Source: Cetorhinus maximus (Eukaryota). From it: a stretch of DNA of 64,000 nucleotides. This document shows, piece by piece, positions 13,001 to 24,716 of the stretch (positions are counted from its first letter, which is position 1; every line of letters starts with the position of its first letter). The position numbers were made by a program, and so were the translations under genes. Where the stretch lies: positions 2,914,001 to 2,978,000 of the forward strand of contig NC_135899.1 of NCBI RefSeq assembly GCF_964194155.1, read 5' to 3'. The notes beneath the pieces are model-generated. The model was not told the origin of the DNA and did not search any database. It was given only the letters and a program-made list of their open reading frames with translations.

Positions 13001-16000
13001 CATGAACAAGGTAGCAGAAAGTTCAAACAAAAAAAACTCTCTGTATATGGGCATCACTGGCAAGGCACTACCTTTAGTTGCCCCCACTCCTACCGCCCCC
13101 TTCAAAAAGGTGGTGGTGAGCCATCTTCTTGAACCACTGCAGTCTGTGTGATGAAGGTGCTCCCACTATGGTGCTGAGTCGAGATTTCCAGGATCTAAAC
13201 CCAATAAAGTGAAAGAACGGTGGGCAATATATGTTCGAGGCAGGGTGATGTCTGACTTGTAGTTGGGGATCTTACCATTCCCTTGCTGCTCATCTCCTAT
13301 TTGGGCGTGGGGGGAGGTCAGAGATTTGGGAGGTGTTATCAAAAAGGCCTTTGCTGAATTGCTGCAGTGCATCTTGTAGACGTTACGCACTGCTCCTGCT
13401 GTACGCCTCTCTGTAGACCTGCAATCACTAATTTTTGCAATTTGATATTTTTACATTTTTTCTGCTTTGCTGTGGATTTGAACAGAACCTGTATTAAGCC
13501 TGTACTGAATTTTTGAAAGTTACTTTGTAGACATTGATTTAAAAGTAAGAGTAACTGTGCTTTGATAAAGTTAAGCAACTAATCAAACTTTTAATCGATA
13601 CTGAAATTATTAACTGTGGACTTATTTTTCCCTTTCTTTCACTTGTTTTCATACTGGTCAGACCATAGACACTGCTGTTATTTTGTCTCAACTACTTTTT
13701 CTCCCCTCTTTGGCTAGATAAAAGTTGTATTTCTACTTTTTTAACAGGTATCAGTTCTTACTACACTCAATGACTCTTGAGCTACAAGCCAGGACAATGG
13801 ATAACCTTGTACATGGGGTGGTCAACTATGGTATGGAGCCAGGAGATTGATTGACGAAAGGTGGGAGACACCATCAAAGAGGTGTGTAAACCTGAATATT
13901 GCGAAGTCCACAAGCTTCTCCGTGCCTGCGAGAAGAATTAGATAAGGACTCATGGTTGCCAGGCTCTTGTTTGATGGAAGTTTGGATGGAACCTCAGATG
14001 GCTGGAATGGAGCCAGAAATTGGGCTTAAAGGGGCACAGCATCCAGCATTCTGGGCTGCAGCCAGAATGGAATATTCAAACACTGAAGACTATGGAGGAA
14101 GGAACGTCTGACAGAGTGACTGACCAGAGAGTCCACTCTCATGCAAGGTTATTAATGATGTATAATCCAAGGGAAATTTTACCATTTTTGGGAGCTGTCT
14201 TGAACAGACCAATTTGGGGTTATCATTTGTGCCATAATAAAGTTCTATTTCTTCCTTTATACAAAGTGATTTTCTTCCTTTCTTTCTTCACTTTTCTTTT
14301 AATCATTTATAATTGTTTCATAAAAATTATTATATTCACACATTATTTGGTACTGAGTCACTCAAGCCTGTCAGGTCCAGTGTATGGCTTCAAGCCCAAG
14401 CAATACTCTGCAAGGGACTCTCACACCCCAACATGTCATGCATGTTTAAGGGGTCGCAATGAAGGGAACAGCTTTGTCCAGGATGGTTTCGAACTTCAGA
14501 AAAACTATTTCAAAAGGCAGCACGATATGGGGCACTAATGATTTCACTTTTATGTTTGTCTTTCATCAATGTATGCAATGGACCCCCATGTAAAATAGTG
14601 GAGGCAAAAAGCTGCACTGATTTATGAAAAAGATGGGATGCTATCAAGATGACAGTATTGGCTATTTTTGGATGGATGCGGCCAATCTTTCTTCATACAC
14701 ATCTGCCTCAATCATGCAGAAATTATAGACTTTTTTTCTGAATATAATACTTTGGAACAGAGTATAGGAGTAATTTGAGACAGGACATTGGGCAAGGGAT
14801 GCAATCTTGAGAAGGAAAAGGTGACTTTGGACCTGTGGTTTTCAAAGCACACTACTGGGAGTTTTCCTCACCTCCTGTCTAGGTCTGTTGTAGACAAATT
14901 GCCAAAAATTGATTGCTATGATTCGGACAATTAGATTACTACTGCATCATATGACGTGGTTGAACCAGATAGGCCATGATTTTTCCTTTTATTATTATTC
15001 ATTCACAGGATGTGGGCTTCACTGGCTGGGTCAGCATTTATTGCCCATCCCCAGTTGCCCTTGAGAAGGTGGTGGTGAGCTGCCTTCTTGAACCGTTGCA
15101 GTCTCTGTGGTATAGGTACACCCACAGTGCTGTTAGGAAGTTCCAGGATGTTGACCTAATGACAGTGAAGGAATGGTGATATATTTCCAAGCCAGGATGG
15201 TGAGTGGCTTGGAGGGGAACTTCCAGGTGGTGGTGTTCCCATCTATCTGCTGCCCTTGTCCTTCTAGATGGTAGTGGTCATGGGTTTGGGAGATGCTGTC
15301 GAAGGAGCCTTGGTGAATTCCTGCAGTGCATCTTGTAGATGGTTCACACTGCTGCCACTGTGCATCGGTGGTGGAGAGAATGAACGTTTGTGGATGCGGT
15401 GCCAATCAAGCGGGCTGCTTTGTCCTGGACAGCGTCAAGCTTCTAGAGTGTTGTGGGAACTGCACTCATCCAGGCAAGTGGGGAGTGTTCCATCACAATC
15501 CTGACTTGCGCCTTGTAGATGGTGGGTAGGCTTTCGGGAGTCAGGAGGGGAGTTATTCGTCGCACAATTCCTAGCCTCTGACCTGCTCTTGTAGCCACAG
15601 TATTTATATGGCTAGTCCAGTTCAGTTTTTGGCCAACGGTAACTCCCAGGATGTTGATTTCCTCACCTAGCAATTCCCATGTATCTGCCAAGTCTGCATG
15701 TCATTGCCATTACCAGTTAACTGGTTTCACCACAGGAATAAAGGAATCAAGTTTTCAACTCATGCTCAGGTTTGTTGAGAAGATATTTTAGACCAAAAAT
15801 TATGAAGGGCTTAGATCAAGTCAATAAAGAGAAACTGGTTCCAAAGATCAAAGTGTTGATAACCAGAGGGCACACAACAGTCTCCTAGACTGTAAGAGTC
15901 TATGATTCTAAAAACCATTTAGAGAAATACAACTTGTATCACAAGTTCAACATAAAGAAGCAGAATCAAATTGCTGGGTAAGATCTTCTGTACGAGGCAA

Positions 16001-19000
16001 ACTCACTCACCAAGATATCCTCCAGCAGGCCCTCGTATTTGCTTTTTGCAACATTGCGCTTTTCAATCAAGGTCTGCAGTTTGGTCATGGACTTCTGAAG
16101 TTGTGTCTAAGCAAAAGGATTAAATCAGTGCACCGACGGCATGAAGGAACAGGAAATGCAGTGGTATTACAACAAGCATTTTAAAAGTGATGTTAGTGCC
16201 AGGGAAAGGAACTCTTCCAAATTTGGACATAAGTATTAAGTGGTATATGGTCGAGAGGGAGTTGCCCTGGAGTCTTCAACATTGACTCGGGACCCCATGA
16301 ATTCTCATTGCATCAGGTCAATCGTTGACATGGAAATCTCCTGCTGATTACCTACTGCTCTCCTTTGACGGATGAATCAGTACTCCTCCATATAGATCAC
16401 CACTCGGAGAAAGCATTGAAGGTACTCTGGGTGGGGGACCTCAACGTCCATCACCAGGAGTGGCTGGCCGAGTCCTGAAGGACATGTCTGCCAGCCTGGG
16501 TCTGCAACAGGTGGTGATGGAACCAAGAAGAGGGGAAAACCTGCAATACAGTGGTCTCACCAACGTACTTGTTGCAGATGCAACTGTCCATGACAGTATA
16601 GGTAGGGATGACCACCGCAGTCATTGTGAAGATGAAGTCCCTTGCTTACCTTACATTGTGTTGTGTGGCACCACCACCGTGGTAAATGGGATAGATTTCA
16701 AACAGATCTAGCAGCTCAAAACTGGGCATCCATGAGGCACCGTGAGTCATAAGCAGCAGGGATGTCCTCAACCACAATCTGTAACCTCAAGGCCCAGCAT
16801 ATCCCTCACTCTACAATACTGGCATCTACCTGACAATGTGGAAAATCGCCCAGGTAGGTCCTGTCCACAAAGAACATGACAAATCTCAACCAGCCAATTA
16901 CCGCCACAACACCACCCTCTCGATCAAAGTGATGGAAGATGCCATAGACAGTGCTACCAAACAGCACTTACACAGCAATAATCTGTTTGCTGACGCTCAG
17001 TTTGGGTTCCGCCAGTGCCACTGGGCTCCTGACCCCATTACAGAGTGGAGGAGAGAGTGGGAAAGCAGCGGAGGGCAGGCAGCAGGGAGAGGGAAAGGGA
17101 TAGTTACTTTAACCCATTTTACCATCCAGGAGCAGGAACTTAATGCACGACTCAGCAGTGACGTGAATGACCTGTTAATTTGGTTTGGCAATGTTGGTTG
17201 AAGGAAGGCAATGGCCAGGACACCAGAGAATTCCAGGTTTTTCTTCAAACAGTAGTACGATCCTTTACCTCCCCCAAAACAATGACAGTCTCAATTGAAG
17301 AACTGCCCCTCCTGCAAGGCAGCGCTCTTTTGGTAGAGCACTGGTCCATCAGATTAGATTGTTTGGGTCAGTTATTTGTGCAAGACTCAAACTCCTGACT
17401 CAGAGCTGTGCCACCAGCTAAGTCAACTTGAGACTTGGCCAAATGGGCAATGTACCTGATGACTGCTGGTGTGGGCCAAACGAGTGCCAATGCGAGCTAA
17501 GACCTTTGAGTGCCAGGGGCAGGGGAGGGGAGAACTCGATGCAAACTGCTAACTGGGTGAAGGAGAAAGGGGAGTCATACTCGGTACCTTGAACTCTTCA
17601 GCAGCCTCCTGCACGTTGAGGACATCGTGATGTAAGTGCTTCCTCGAGTCCCGGCAGTCCAGGCAGATAACCTCGCAATCGGTGACACAAAAACGTTCCA
17701 TTTTCCTCCGGTGCTCCGGACAGGTGTGATGACTGGGTGCATTCTCCTCCAACCGGGCGTGCTCTTTGCAGACCGTTGCCACCACGTTCGAGAGCTTGCG
17801 GTTACTCTTCAAGGTACTCGATGTACAGACATCTGAGCAAATTGCGCAAATCAACTGACCCTGCTGGTCCCAATGCTTGGTGATGCAGTTCCTGTGAACA
17901 GAGATGACCACCGTATGGATACAGAAACAATAATTCAGCTGTAGTGGTCTTTTTAATACAAAACCCTAAAATAACCATATTTAAACTAGGGCAATAGGGA
18001 CATGAATAGAAAATCTTCCAGGCTTTTACATTAATGGAGGTGAAGCACCTCCCAAGGAGCCTTGTGAAACGACAGACTTGCATTTATATAGTGCCTTTCA
18101 CAACTTCAGGACTTCCAAAGCTCTTTGCAGTCAATTAAGTCATTGTTGAAATGTAGGACACATGGCAGCCAATTTACACACAGCAAGTTCTCTCAAACAA
18201 CAATGCCAATGTTTTACTGATGTTGGTTTAAGGGATAAATATTGGCCCAGGACACCAGGAAGTACTCCCCTACTCCTCTTAAATATTGTGCCATGGGATG
18301 TTTACTCTATCCAAGAGGGCAGACAGAGCCCAAAAGAAGGCACTTTTTTTCCTTTCGTGGGACCTGGGCATCGCTGACTAGGCAAGCATTTATTTCCCAT
18401 CCCTAACTGCCCTTGAGAAAGTGGTGGTGAGCTACCTTCTTGAACTGCTGCAGTCCACATGGTGTAGGTAAATGCACAGTGCTGTTAGGGAGGGAATTCC
18501 AGGATTTTGACCCAGCGACAGTGAAGGAACTGTTTCCAAGTCAGGATGGAAATCAGGGAGGAACTTGTAGGTGGTGGTGTTCCCATGCATCTGCTGCCCT
18601 TGTCCTTCCAGGTAGTGGAGGTCACAGGTTTGGAAGATGCTGTCAAAGGAGCCTTGGTGAGGTACTGCAGTGCATCTTGCAGATGGTACATACCGCTTCC
18701 AATGTGCATTGGTGGCAGGGGGAGTGAATGTTTATGTTGGTGGAAGATGTGCCAATCAAGCAGGTTGCTTTGTGTTGGGTAAGTATCAAGCTTCTTGAGT
18801 GTTGGAGCTGCACTCATCCAGGCAAGTGGACAGTATTCCATCACACTCCTGACCTCTGGCAGGGCAATATTCACTCATTACTGCACTCAAGTATCAGCCT
18901 GGATTGGTGCTCACCCATGACCTTCAGAGGGGAGAGTACTATCATTAAGCCACAGCTGACAATTATGCAACTTAAACGTAACGTCTAAACCCTGGTTTTC

Positions 19001-21221
19001 ACTGATGTGCTTTACCATGAGCTGTGAATGCCAACATGCCTCAGAGAAAGAAGGACTTCCATTTTATAGCACCTTTCACTACCTCAGCAGATGCCAAATT
19101 ACTTCACAGCCAATGAATTACTATTTGGGAACCTCTGCAGCCAATTTGTGTACAGCAAGCTCCCCGAAACTGCAATCAGACAATGAACAGATAATTTTCT
19201 TTTGTGATTTTGATTGAGGAATAAATACTGGCCAAACCTGGGTAACTACTCCAGTCTTCTACAAAATAGGGCCATGAGATTGTTTACTTCCACTTGAGGG
19301 GGCAGGCTGGGCCTCAGTTTAACATCTCATCCAAAAGATGGCACCTCCAAAAGTGCAGCTCTAAGGAGTGCCAGCCGAGATTTTTGTGCTCAAGTCGCGC
19401 GAGTGAGACTTGAACCTAACATCTTTTGACTCAAAGCGAGAACAGTACCAACTGAGCCATGATTGACACTAAATAAGAGAACCATACAAAGAAACGTCCA
19501 TTCCAAATTCCGGGCACACACAATTTCCACAGGATTAGGGAAGAAACACAAGGACAAATAGTTAAGAGCGGCTGAGGCTTCATGAGCCCGCTGCTCGGGG
19601 CGACACATGAACCACATCCCGCAGTTTGGATGCCACAGACTTCTATTAACTATTAGGGTGATGTAGCCTTGCAGTACTTGCCAAAATGCTATCGGGGTTA
19701 TGCATTATCAATGCAGCCTTTCCCACTGTTCAGATTTATGCTCCAAAATACCTTCATTTATATTCAACACTAAAGTAGTTTGTACATCAATCAGCAAATG
19801 AAAACAGCACTTAACTTTTACTAGTAGCTTTCAAATGTCTGACGAGAGACTGTTTTACAATACAAAAACTTCATGATCACTTTTACTGGACCACAGATTT
19901 TCAAAAATTCTTATTTCCAGATTTTCTTAAACGGAGGTTAAATTCTCAAACAGCCATGGAGGCTGTCAACTCTCATTCTCTGGACTATTAGTTCAGTAAT
20001 GTCACCACTACATGTTCCTTTGATACCAAGCAACATTAGTGCACCACCTGTTAGTTTGTAACAAAATAAAATCTGAAGTTCCTAGTATGGGAGTGCTGCA
20101 GATTTGGGGGAAACTTTTTCAAACGAGACTTTAAACTGATGCAAGCCCTGTCAGCTCACCCAGATAGACAAACAATCCCATGGTTTTGAAGAAGACCAGT
20201 CGAGTTCTTCCCACTTCTGGGTCTATATATAGCCCTCAGCAAATATTGCTCTCAGCAGGAGCTTGCTGTGTGCAAATTGGCAGCCACACTTCCCACATTA
20301 CAACAGTGGCTACATTTTAAAAAGCACATAATTCACTGTGGAGCACTATGGGACATCCTGAGATTGTGGAAGCAGTATAAATGCAAGACTTTCTTTATAT
20401 TTTGCAATAACCTGGCAGCTGTTGTGATCATTTTCTGGCACAAGCCCAAATGCGTAAAAGCTTTGTTGATTTCAATTTCACAATTGGCCAAAATGGAATT
20501 TGAACTCACTACCTCTGCACTGCTAATCCAGGACCAAATGCCTGCCTAATTTCAAATCCCTCTTCAGATCCAACATCTAAATCAAGCCCGACCACATTCC
20601 CCCCACCTCCTCCTCCTCCCCCTCCCCTCCCCAGCCCGACGACAGCCCGCCCCTCCCCTCCCCAGCCCGACGACACCCCGCCCCTCCCCTCCCCAGCCCG
20701 ACGACACCCCGCCCCTCCCCTCCCCAGCCCGACGACACCCGGCCCCTCCCCTCCCCAGCCCGACGACAGCCCGCCCCTCCCCTCCCCAGCCCGACGACAC
20801 CCTGCCCCTCCCCTCCCCAGCCCGACGACACCCTCCCTCCAAGCCCGACGACACCCCCCTCCCCTCCAAGCCCAGTGATCATCTCCACACCCCCAACGCC
20901 CCTCCTTCTACACTATCACTTACTCTATGACCCTCCCTCCAAGCCCAATGAACAGCAGCCCCCCCCACCCCCCCAACACTCTCCGGCCCGAGCTCAACGA
21001 CCCGACCCCCACCAGCCCAAAGCTCAAAGCTTCCCCACTGCTTGTCAATTGACCAGATCCACCACCTTCCTCGAGCCGACCCTGTGGCTGCCGGGCTTGA
21101 AAGTACCAGGCAAGTACCGGCAGAAGTAATGCTCGCACTGCAGCTCCACGGGGTCGGTGAAGATCGCCAGGCAAAGTGGACACGTCAAGTCCAGGACCAG
21201 TTGTGACAAACCCTCCGCCAT
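3533..21221 (-). CDS. TRIM-family E3 ligase (RING-B-box2-coiled coil-PRY/SPRY B30.2), 7 coding exons, ~471 aa
   Basis: Exons 21118-21221, 17588-17891, 16011-16106, 11047-11280, 9458-9480, 6342-6457 and 3533-4071 all have GT/AG borders and join in frame (1416 nt). The 96/234/23/116-nt internal exons match the usual TRIM-B30.2 layout. The pre-PRY motif YLGPLQYWTWKNM resembles TRIM35/62/69-type proteins; orthology is not assignable by eye. Confidence 0.9.
4345..5296 (+). repeat. 56-bp minisatellite, ~17 copies, inside a CR1 3' end
   Basis: Unit gagtggttaggatctggaatgcactgtctgagagtgtggtggagacagggtcaatc recurs at 4401, 4457 ... 4681 and onward. CR1 3' UTR and ttctatga-type tail follow to ~5465. 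Confidence 0.95.
6342..6457 (-). CDS. TRIM coding exon 6 (116 nt linker)
   Basis: VKVCVPPLENISVKVKPENYLGPLQYWTWKNMFKILDP; tgtag| acceptor, G|GTGACT donor. Confidence 0.88.
9458..9480 (-). CDS. TRIM coding exon 5 (23-nt micro-exon NLKETQK-R)
   Basis: Strong polypyrimidine tract ending ttttcacag|, donor AG|GTAATG; restores the frame to exon 6. Confidence 0.82.
11047..11280 (-). CDS. TRIM coding exon 4 (234 nt, coiled coil)
   Basis: IKKSFEELHSFLYREE...QQDNITFLL; tcctag| acceptor, |GTAAAT donor. Confidence 0.88.
11400..12302 (+). mobile_element. L2-clade LINE 3' fragment
   Basis: QLNTGK...NIGVLFDPQLSF..H...AETLTHNFV..RLDYSNAFL; 3' tail ending tacaaatgcagattgttgttgt. Confidence 0.8.
14995..15660 (-). 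mobile_element. CR1/L2-group LINE 3' fragment (related pieces at 13045-13400, 18350-18855 (-) and 16240-17045 (+))
   Basis: ILGVTVGQKLNWTSHI...IYKAQVRIVMEHSPLAW; shared 3' tail gggcaataaatgctg...cacatcc. The 16836 ORF has WKIAQV.PVHK...PANYR. Confidence 0.75.
16011..16106 (-). CDS. TRIM coding exon 3 (96 nt, coiled coil TQLQKSMTKLQTLIEKRNVAKSKYEGLLEDIL)
   Basis: ccttttgcttag| acceptor, |GTGAGT donor, phase 0/0. Confidence 0.88.
17588..17891 (-). CDS. TRIM coding exon 2 (C-terminal half of RING + B-box2)
   Basis: Acceptor ctctgttcacag|G; NCITKHW...CAIC, then CPEH...C..D....C..C.....H..H; donor AAG|GTACCG. Confidence 0.9.
19050..19469 (-). mobile_element. tRNA-derived SINE (Deu-domain-like family); related copies at 5465-5816, 8140-8582, 18075-18330 (-) and 20090-20395, 41930-42170 (+)
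   Basis: tRNA-like head (tggctcagttggta...ggttcaagtc), shared core ggtgccatcttttggatgagatgttaaac, tail gtgaaaggtgctataaaat. Confidence 0.7.
20611..20873 (-). repeat. 31-bp GC-skewed minisatellite (~8 copies) in TRIM intron 1
   Basis: Plus-strand unit ccagcccgacgacaccccgcccctcccctcc; G-rich (GGGGAGGGGAGGGGCGGGG) on the TRIM sense strand. Confidence 0.93.
21118..21221 (-). CDS. TRIM coding exon 1 (N-terminal half of RING: MAEGLSQLVLDLTCPLCLAIFTDPVELQCEHYFC-R)
   Basis: ATG at 21221 in context aagATGG; CxxC...CxHxxC; phase-2 donor CG|GTACTT. Confidence 0.85.
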
Positions 21222-21239
21222 CTTAGCACCAGCCTTAGA

Positions 21240-21960
21240 CCGCAGCAGCGTCAGTAGCAGCCAATCAGAGCAGAGGCTGGACGTCTCAGACTGTCGGCTC
21301 CCGCGAGCAACCAATCAGGGCGCCGAGAAAAGGTATCGACCTATCAAGGCGCCGAGGCGGGGCACACGCAAACCAATCAATGCGCCAATCGGGCCGGCCG
21401 GTGTCAGAAGCAGCAGCCAATCACAGCTCCAGGCATTGGCCGGACGTCACAGACGGCAAGGACCCACGTGCAACCAATCAGGGTGCAGGGGAGGGGGGGG
21501 AACGGGAAACTCTCATGCAATCAGGGCGCCAAGGCGGGACACAAGCAAACCAATCGCTGCCACACAACAACCGTCCCAATCATGCCGTCCAACCGACCGC
21601 CGAAAACCCTCAAGTCTCTGATCAAGGCCGCGACAGCCATCCACAGATTCTGGCCGAGCCGCCACTCCAGGACACCAATCGGTTTGTCAACCAACAGCCA
21701 GGGCTTCCACTCTGTCAGCTCGGTCCGTAAGCCCGGTCGCGCCATGCGTAAGTGCTCCAGGCGGGCCAATCAGAACATCGATTGGGACTCCATGTCCAGC
21801 CACGTGGTGGTTCAGCCAATCAACGGCGCGGGGAGAAGCGGAAGTGCCGAAGGGTGGCACCAGGAAGTGGGAAGAGGAGGTCAAAGAACGGCTGGCCGTG
21901 AGCCTGAATAGCCTATCACAGTACTCCGTTTGCAGATTGACAGGCCAAGCTCTTCCGGCT
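21240..21960 (-). promoter_or_regulatory. CpG-island promoter of the TRIM gene with a CCAAT-box array, E-boxes and ETS sites
   Basis: CpG-rich. CCAATC at 21261, 21311, 21373, 21385, 21417, 21474, 21550, 21576, 21675, 21766, 21816; CACGTG at 21465 and 21801; CGGAAGTG at 21839 and CAGGAAGTG at 21861. Confidence 0.75.
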
Positions 21961-22179
21961 CTTTAACTCACCTGTGCAGTCGGTCAAGGAACTTAACTGT
22001 TTCATTCCAAATAAAGTGAATGATTTGAGGAAAAAAACCGCTTTGGGTAAATTCCTCTGAGTTGTGCAAAACTTACACTATTTTCCACCTTCAGGTATTC
22101 ATGAAGGTTTTTTAAAAACTATTACTTTATCATTGCATCCAAAACTGCCTTGTTAAGGATGAATTTGTGTTTCACTGAG

Positions 22180-24716
22180 ATAAAAACAAAAAGCTACTGC
22201 GGATGCCGGAAATCCAAAACAAAAACAGAATTACCTGGAAAAACTCAGCAGGTCTGGCAGCATCGGTGGAGAAGAAAAGAGTCGACGTTTCGAGTCCACA
22301 TGACCCTTCAACAGAACTGAAGTATAGTTAGGAGATAATCAAAAGATGTCACAGACAAAAGGATCAAAGAGGTGTTGAAGGTGGTGATATTATCTAAGAA
22401 AAGTGCTAATTAAGAAGATGGCAGGACACTCAAGGTACAGCTCTACTGTGGGTGGGGTGGAAAGACTGACAAGGTATTAGTTGTAGATTTAAAAATAATG
22501 GAAATAGGTGGGAAAAGAAAAATCTATATAAATTATTGAAAGACCATGACCCCACCACGGAACATCAAGCCATTGTTTCCAGGACTGTCACTGACCTCAT
22601 CTCCTCTGGAGATCTTCCTCCCACAGCTTCCAACCTGATAGTCGCCCAACCTCAGACGGCCCTCTTCTACCTCCTACCCAAAATCCACAAACAGAACTGT
22701 CCTGGCAGACCGATCGTGTCAGCCTGTTCCTGCCCCACGGAACTCATTTCTCGTTATGACTCCCTTCTCTCTCCCCTTGTCCAGTCCTTCCCACCTACAT
22801 CCGTGATTCCTCTGACGCCTTACGTCACATCAACAATTTCCAGTTCCCTGGCCCCAACCGCTTCCTCTTCACCATGGATGTCCAATCCCTCTACACCATC
22901 CCCCACCAGGATGGTCTGAGGGCCCTTAGCTTCTTCCTTGAACAGAGGCCCGAACAATCCCCATCCACCACTACTCTCCTCCGTCTGGCTGAACTTGTTC
23001 TCACACTGAACAATTTCTCCTTTAACTCCTCTCACTTCCTCCAAATAAAAGGTGTTGCTATGGGTACCCGCATGGGCCCCAGCTATGCCTGTCTTTTTAT
23101 GGGGTATGTGGAACATTCCTTGTTCCAGTCCTACTCTGGCCCCCTCCCAAAACTCTTTCTCCGGTACATCGATAATTACTTCGGTGCTGCTTCATGCTCT
23201 CATCGGGACCTGGAAAAATTTATTAATTTTGCTTCCAATCTCCACCCCTCTATCATTTTCATATATTCCATCTCTGACACTTCTCTTCCCTTCATTGACC
23301 TCTCTGTCTCAATTTCTGATGATAGACAGTCCACCAATATCCATTACAAGCCTACCGACTCCCACAGCTACCTCGACTACAGCTCCTCACACCCCGCTTC
23401 CTGTAAGGACTCCATCCCATTCTCTCAGTTCCTTCGCCTCTGTCGCATCTGTTCCGATGACGCTACCTTCAAAACCAGTTCCTCTGACATGTCCTCCTTC
23501 TTCCTTAACCGAGGTTTTCCACCCATGGTCGTTGACAGGGCCCTCAACCGTGTCCGGCCCATATCCCGCGCATCCGCCCTCATGTCTTCTCCTCCCTCCC
23601 AGAAACATGATAGGGTCCCCCTTGTCCTCACTTATCACCCCACCAGCCTCCGCATTCAAAGGATCATCCTCCGCCATTTCCGCCAACTCCAGCATGATGC
23701 CACCACCAAACACATCTTCCCTTCACCCCCCCTGGCGGCATTCCGTAGGGATTGTTCCCTCCGGGACACCCTGGTCCACTCCTCCATCACCCCCTACTCC
23801 TCAACCCCCACCTATGGCACCTCCCCATGCCCACACAGAAAATGCAACACCTGCTCCTTCACTTCCTCTCTCCTCACCGTCCAAGGGCCCAAACACTCCT
23901 TTCAAGTGAAGCAGCATTTCACTTGCATTTCCCCTAACTTAGTCTACTGCATTCGTTGCTCCCAATGCGGTCTCCTCTACATTGGAGAGACCAAACGCAA
24001 ACTGGGCGACCGCTTTGCAGAACACCTGCGGTCTGTCCGCAAGAAAGACCTAAACCTCCCTGTCGCTTGCCATTTTAACACTCCACCCTGCTCTCTTGCC
24101 CACATGTCTGTCCTTGGCTTGCTGCATTGTTCCAGTGAAGCCCGACACAAACTGGAGGAACAGCACCTCATCTTCCGACTAGGCACTTTACAGCCTTCCG
24201 GGCTGAATATTGAATTCAACAACTTTAGATCTTAAACTCCCCCTCCCCCCATCCCCACCCCCTTTCCGTTTCTTCCCCCTCCCCCTTTTTTTTTCTTTCA
24301 ATAATTTATATAGATTTTTCTTTTCCCACCTATTTCCATTATTTTTAAATCTATAACTAATACCTTGTCGGGCTTTCCACCCCACCCCCACTAGAGCTGT
24401 ACCTTGAGTGTCCTGCCATCCATTCTTAATTAGCACTTTTCTTAGATAATATCACCACCTTCAACACCTCTTTGATCCTTTTGTCTGTGACATCTTTTGA
24501 TTAACTGCTCCTATCACTGCTCGCTTGTCCCTACAACCACCCCACCCACAACTTCTCTCCCCCCGTCCCCCCACCTTAAACCAGCTTATATTTCACCCCT
24601 CTCCTAACTATACTTCAGTTCTGTTGAAGGGTCATGTGGACTCGAAACGTCGACTCTTTTCTTCTCCACCGATGCTGCCAGACCTGCTGAGTTTTTCCAG
24701 GTAATTCTGTTTTTAT
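22180..24716 (+). mobile_element. Penelope-like retroelement 1 (Neptune-type RT + GIY-YIG), 5'-truncated, inverted terminal copy, defective
   Basis: ORF 22874-24235 has GVAMGTRMGPSYA, YIDN (catalytic D lost), a Cys-rich linker and NLVYCIRC..CGLLYIGET (GIY-YIG). 16-bp TSD tttgtgtttcactgag at 22164-22179 and 24717-24732. 22180-22542 is an inverted copy of the 3' end. Confidence 0.92.
24616..24656 (+). ncRNA. Hammerhead-like motif in Penelope element 1 pLTR (variant core CUGUUGA); inverted copy at 22279-22319
   Basis: cagtt-CTGTTGA-a-gggtc atgtg gactc-GAAAC-GTC-gact. Confidence 0.65.

Noticed and set aside
13430-14460. Possible second solo LTR and a 172-aa ORF (14020-14538)
   Set aside because: I could not identify termini or a TSD, and the ORF has no recognisable domain.
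20577-20888. Gly/Arg-rich ORFs
   Set aside because: These are translations of the 31-bp minisatellite.
21157-21911. Overlapping 116-154 aa ORFs in the CpG island
   Set aside because: GC-rich promoter sequence lacking stops; the recurring TNQ/PI/QS peptides simply translate the CCAATC boxes.
21962-21980. Perfect minus-strand splice donor (CAG|GTGAGT) upstream of the TRIM promoter, suggesting a 5' non-coding exon
   Set aside because: No convincing acceptor before the ATG and no upstream promoter seen; it cannot be supported without RNA data.
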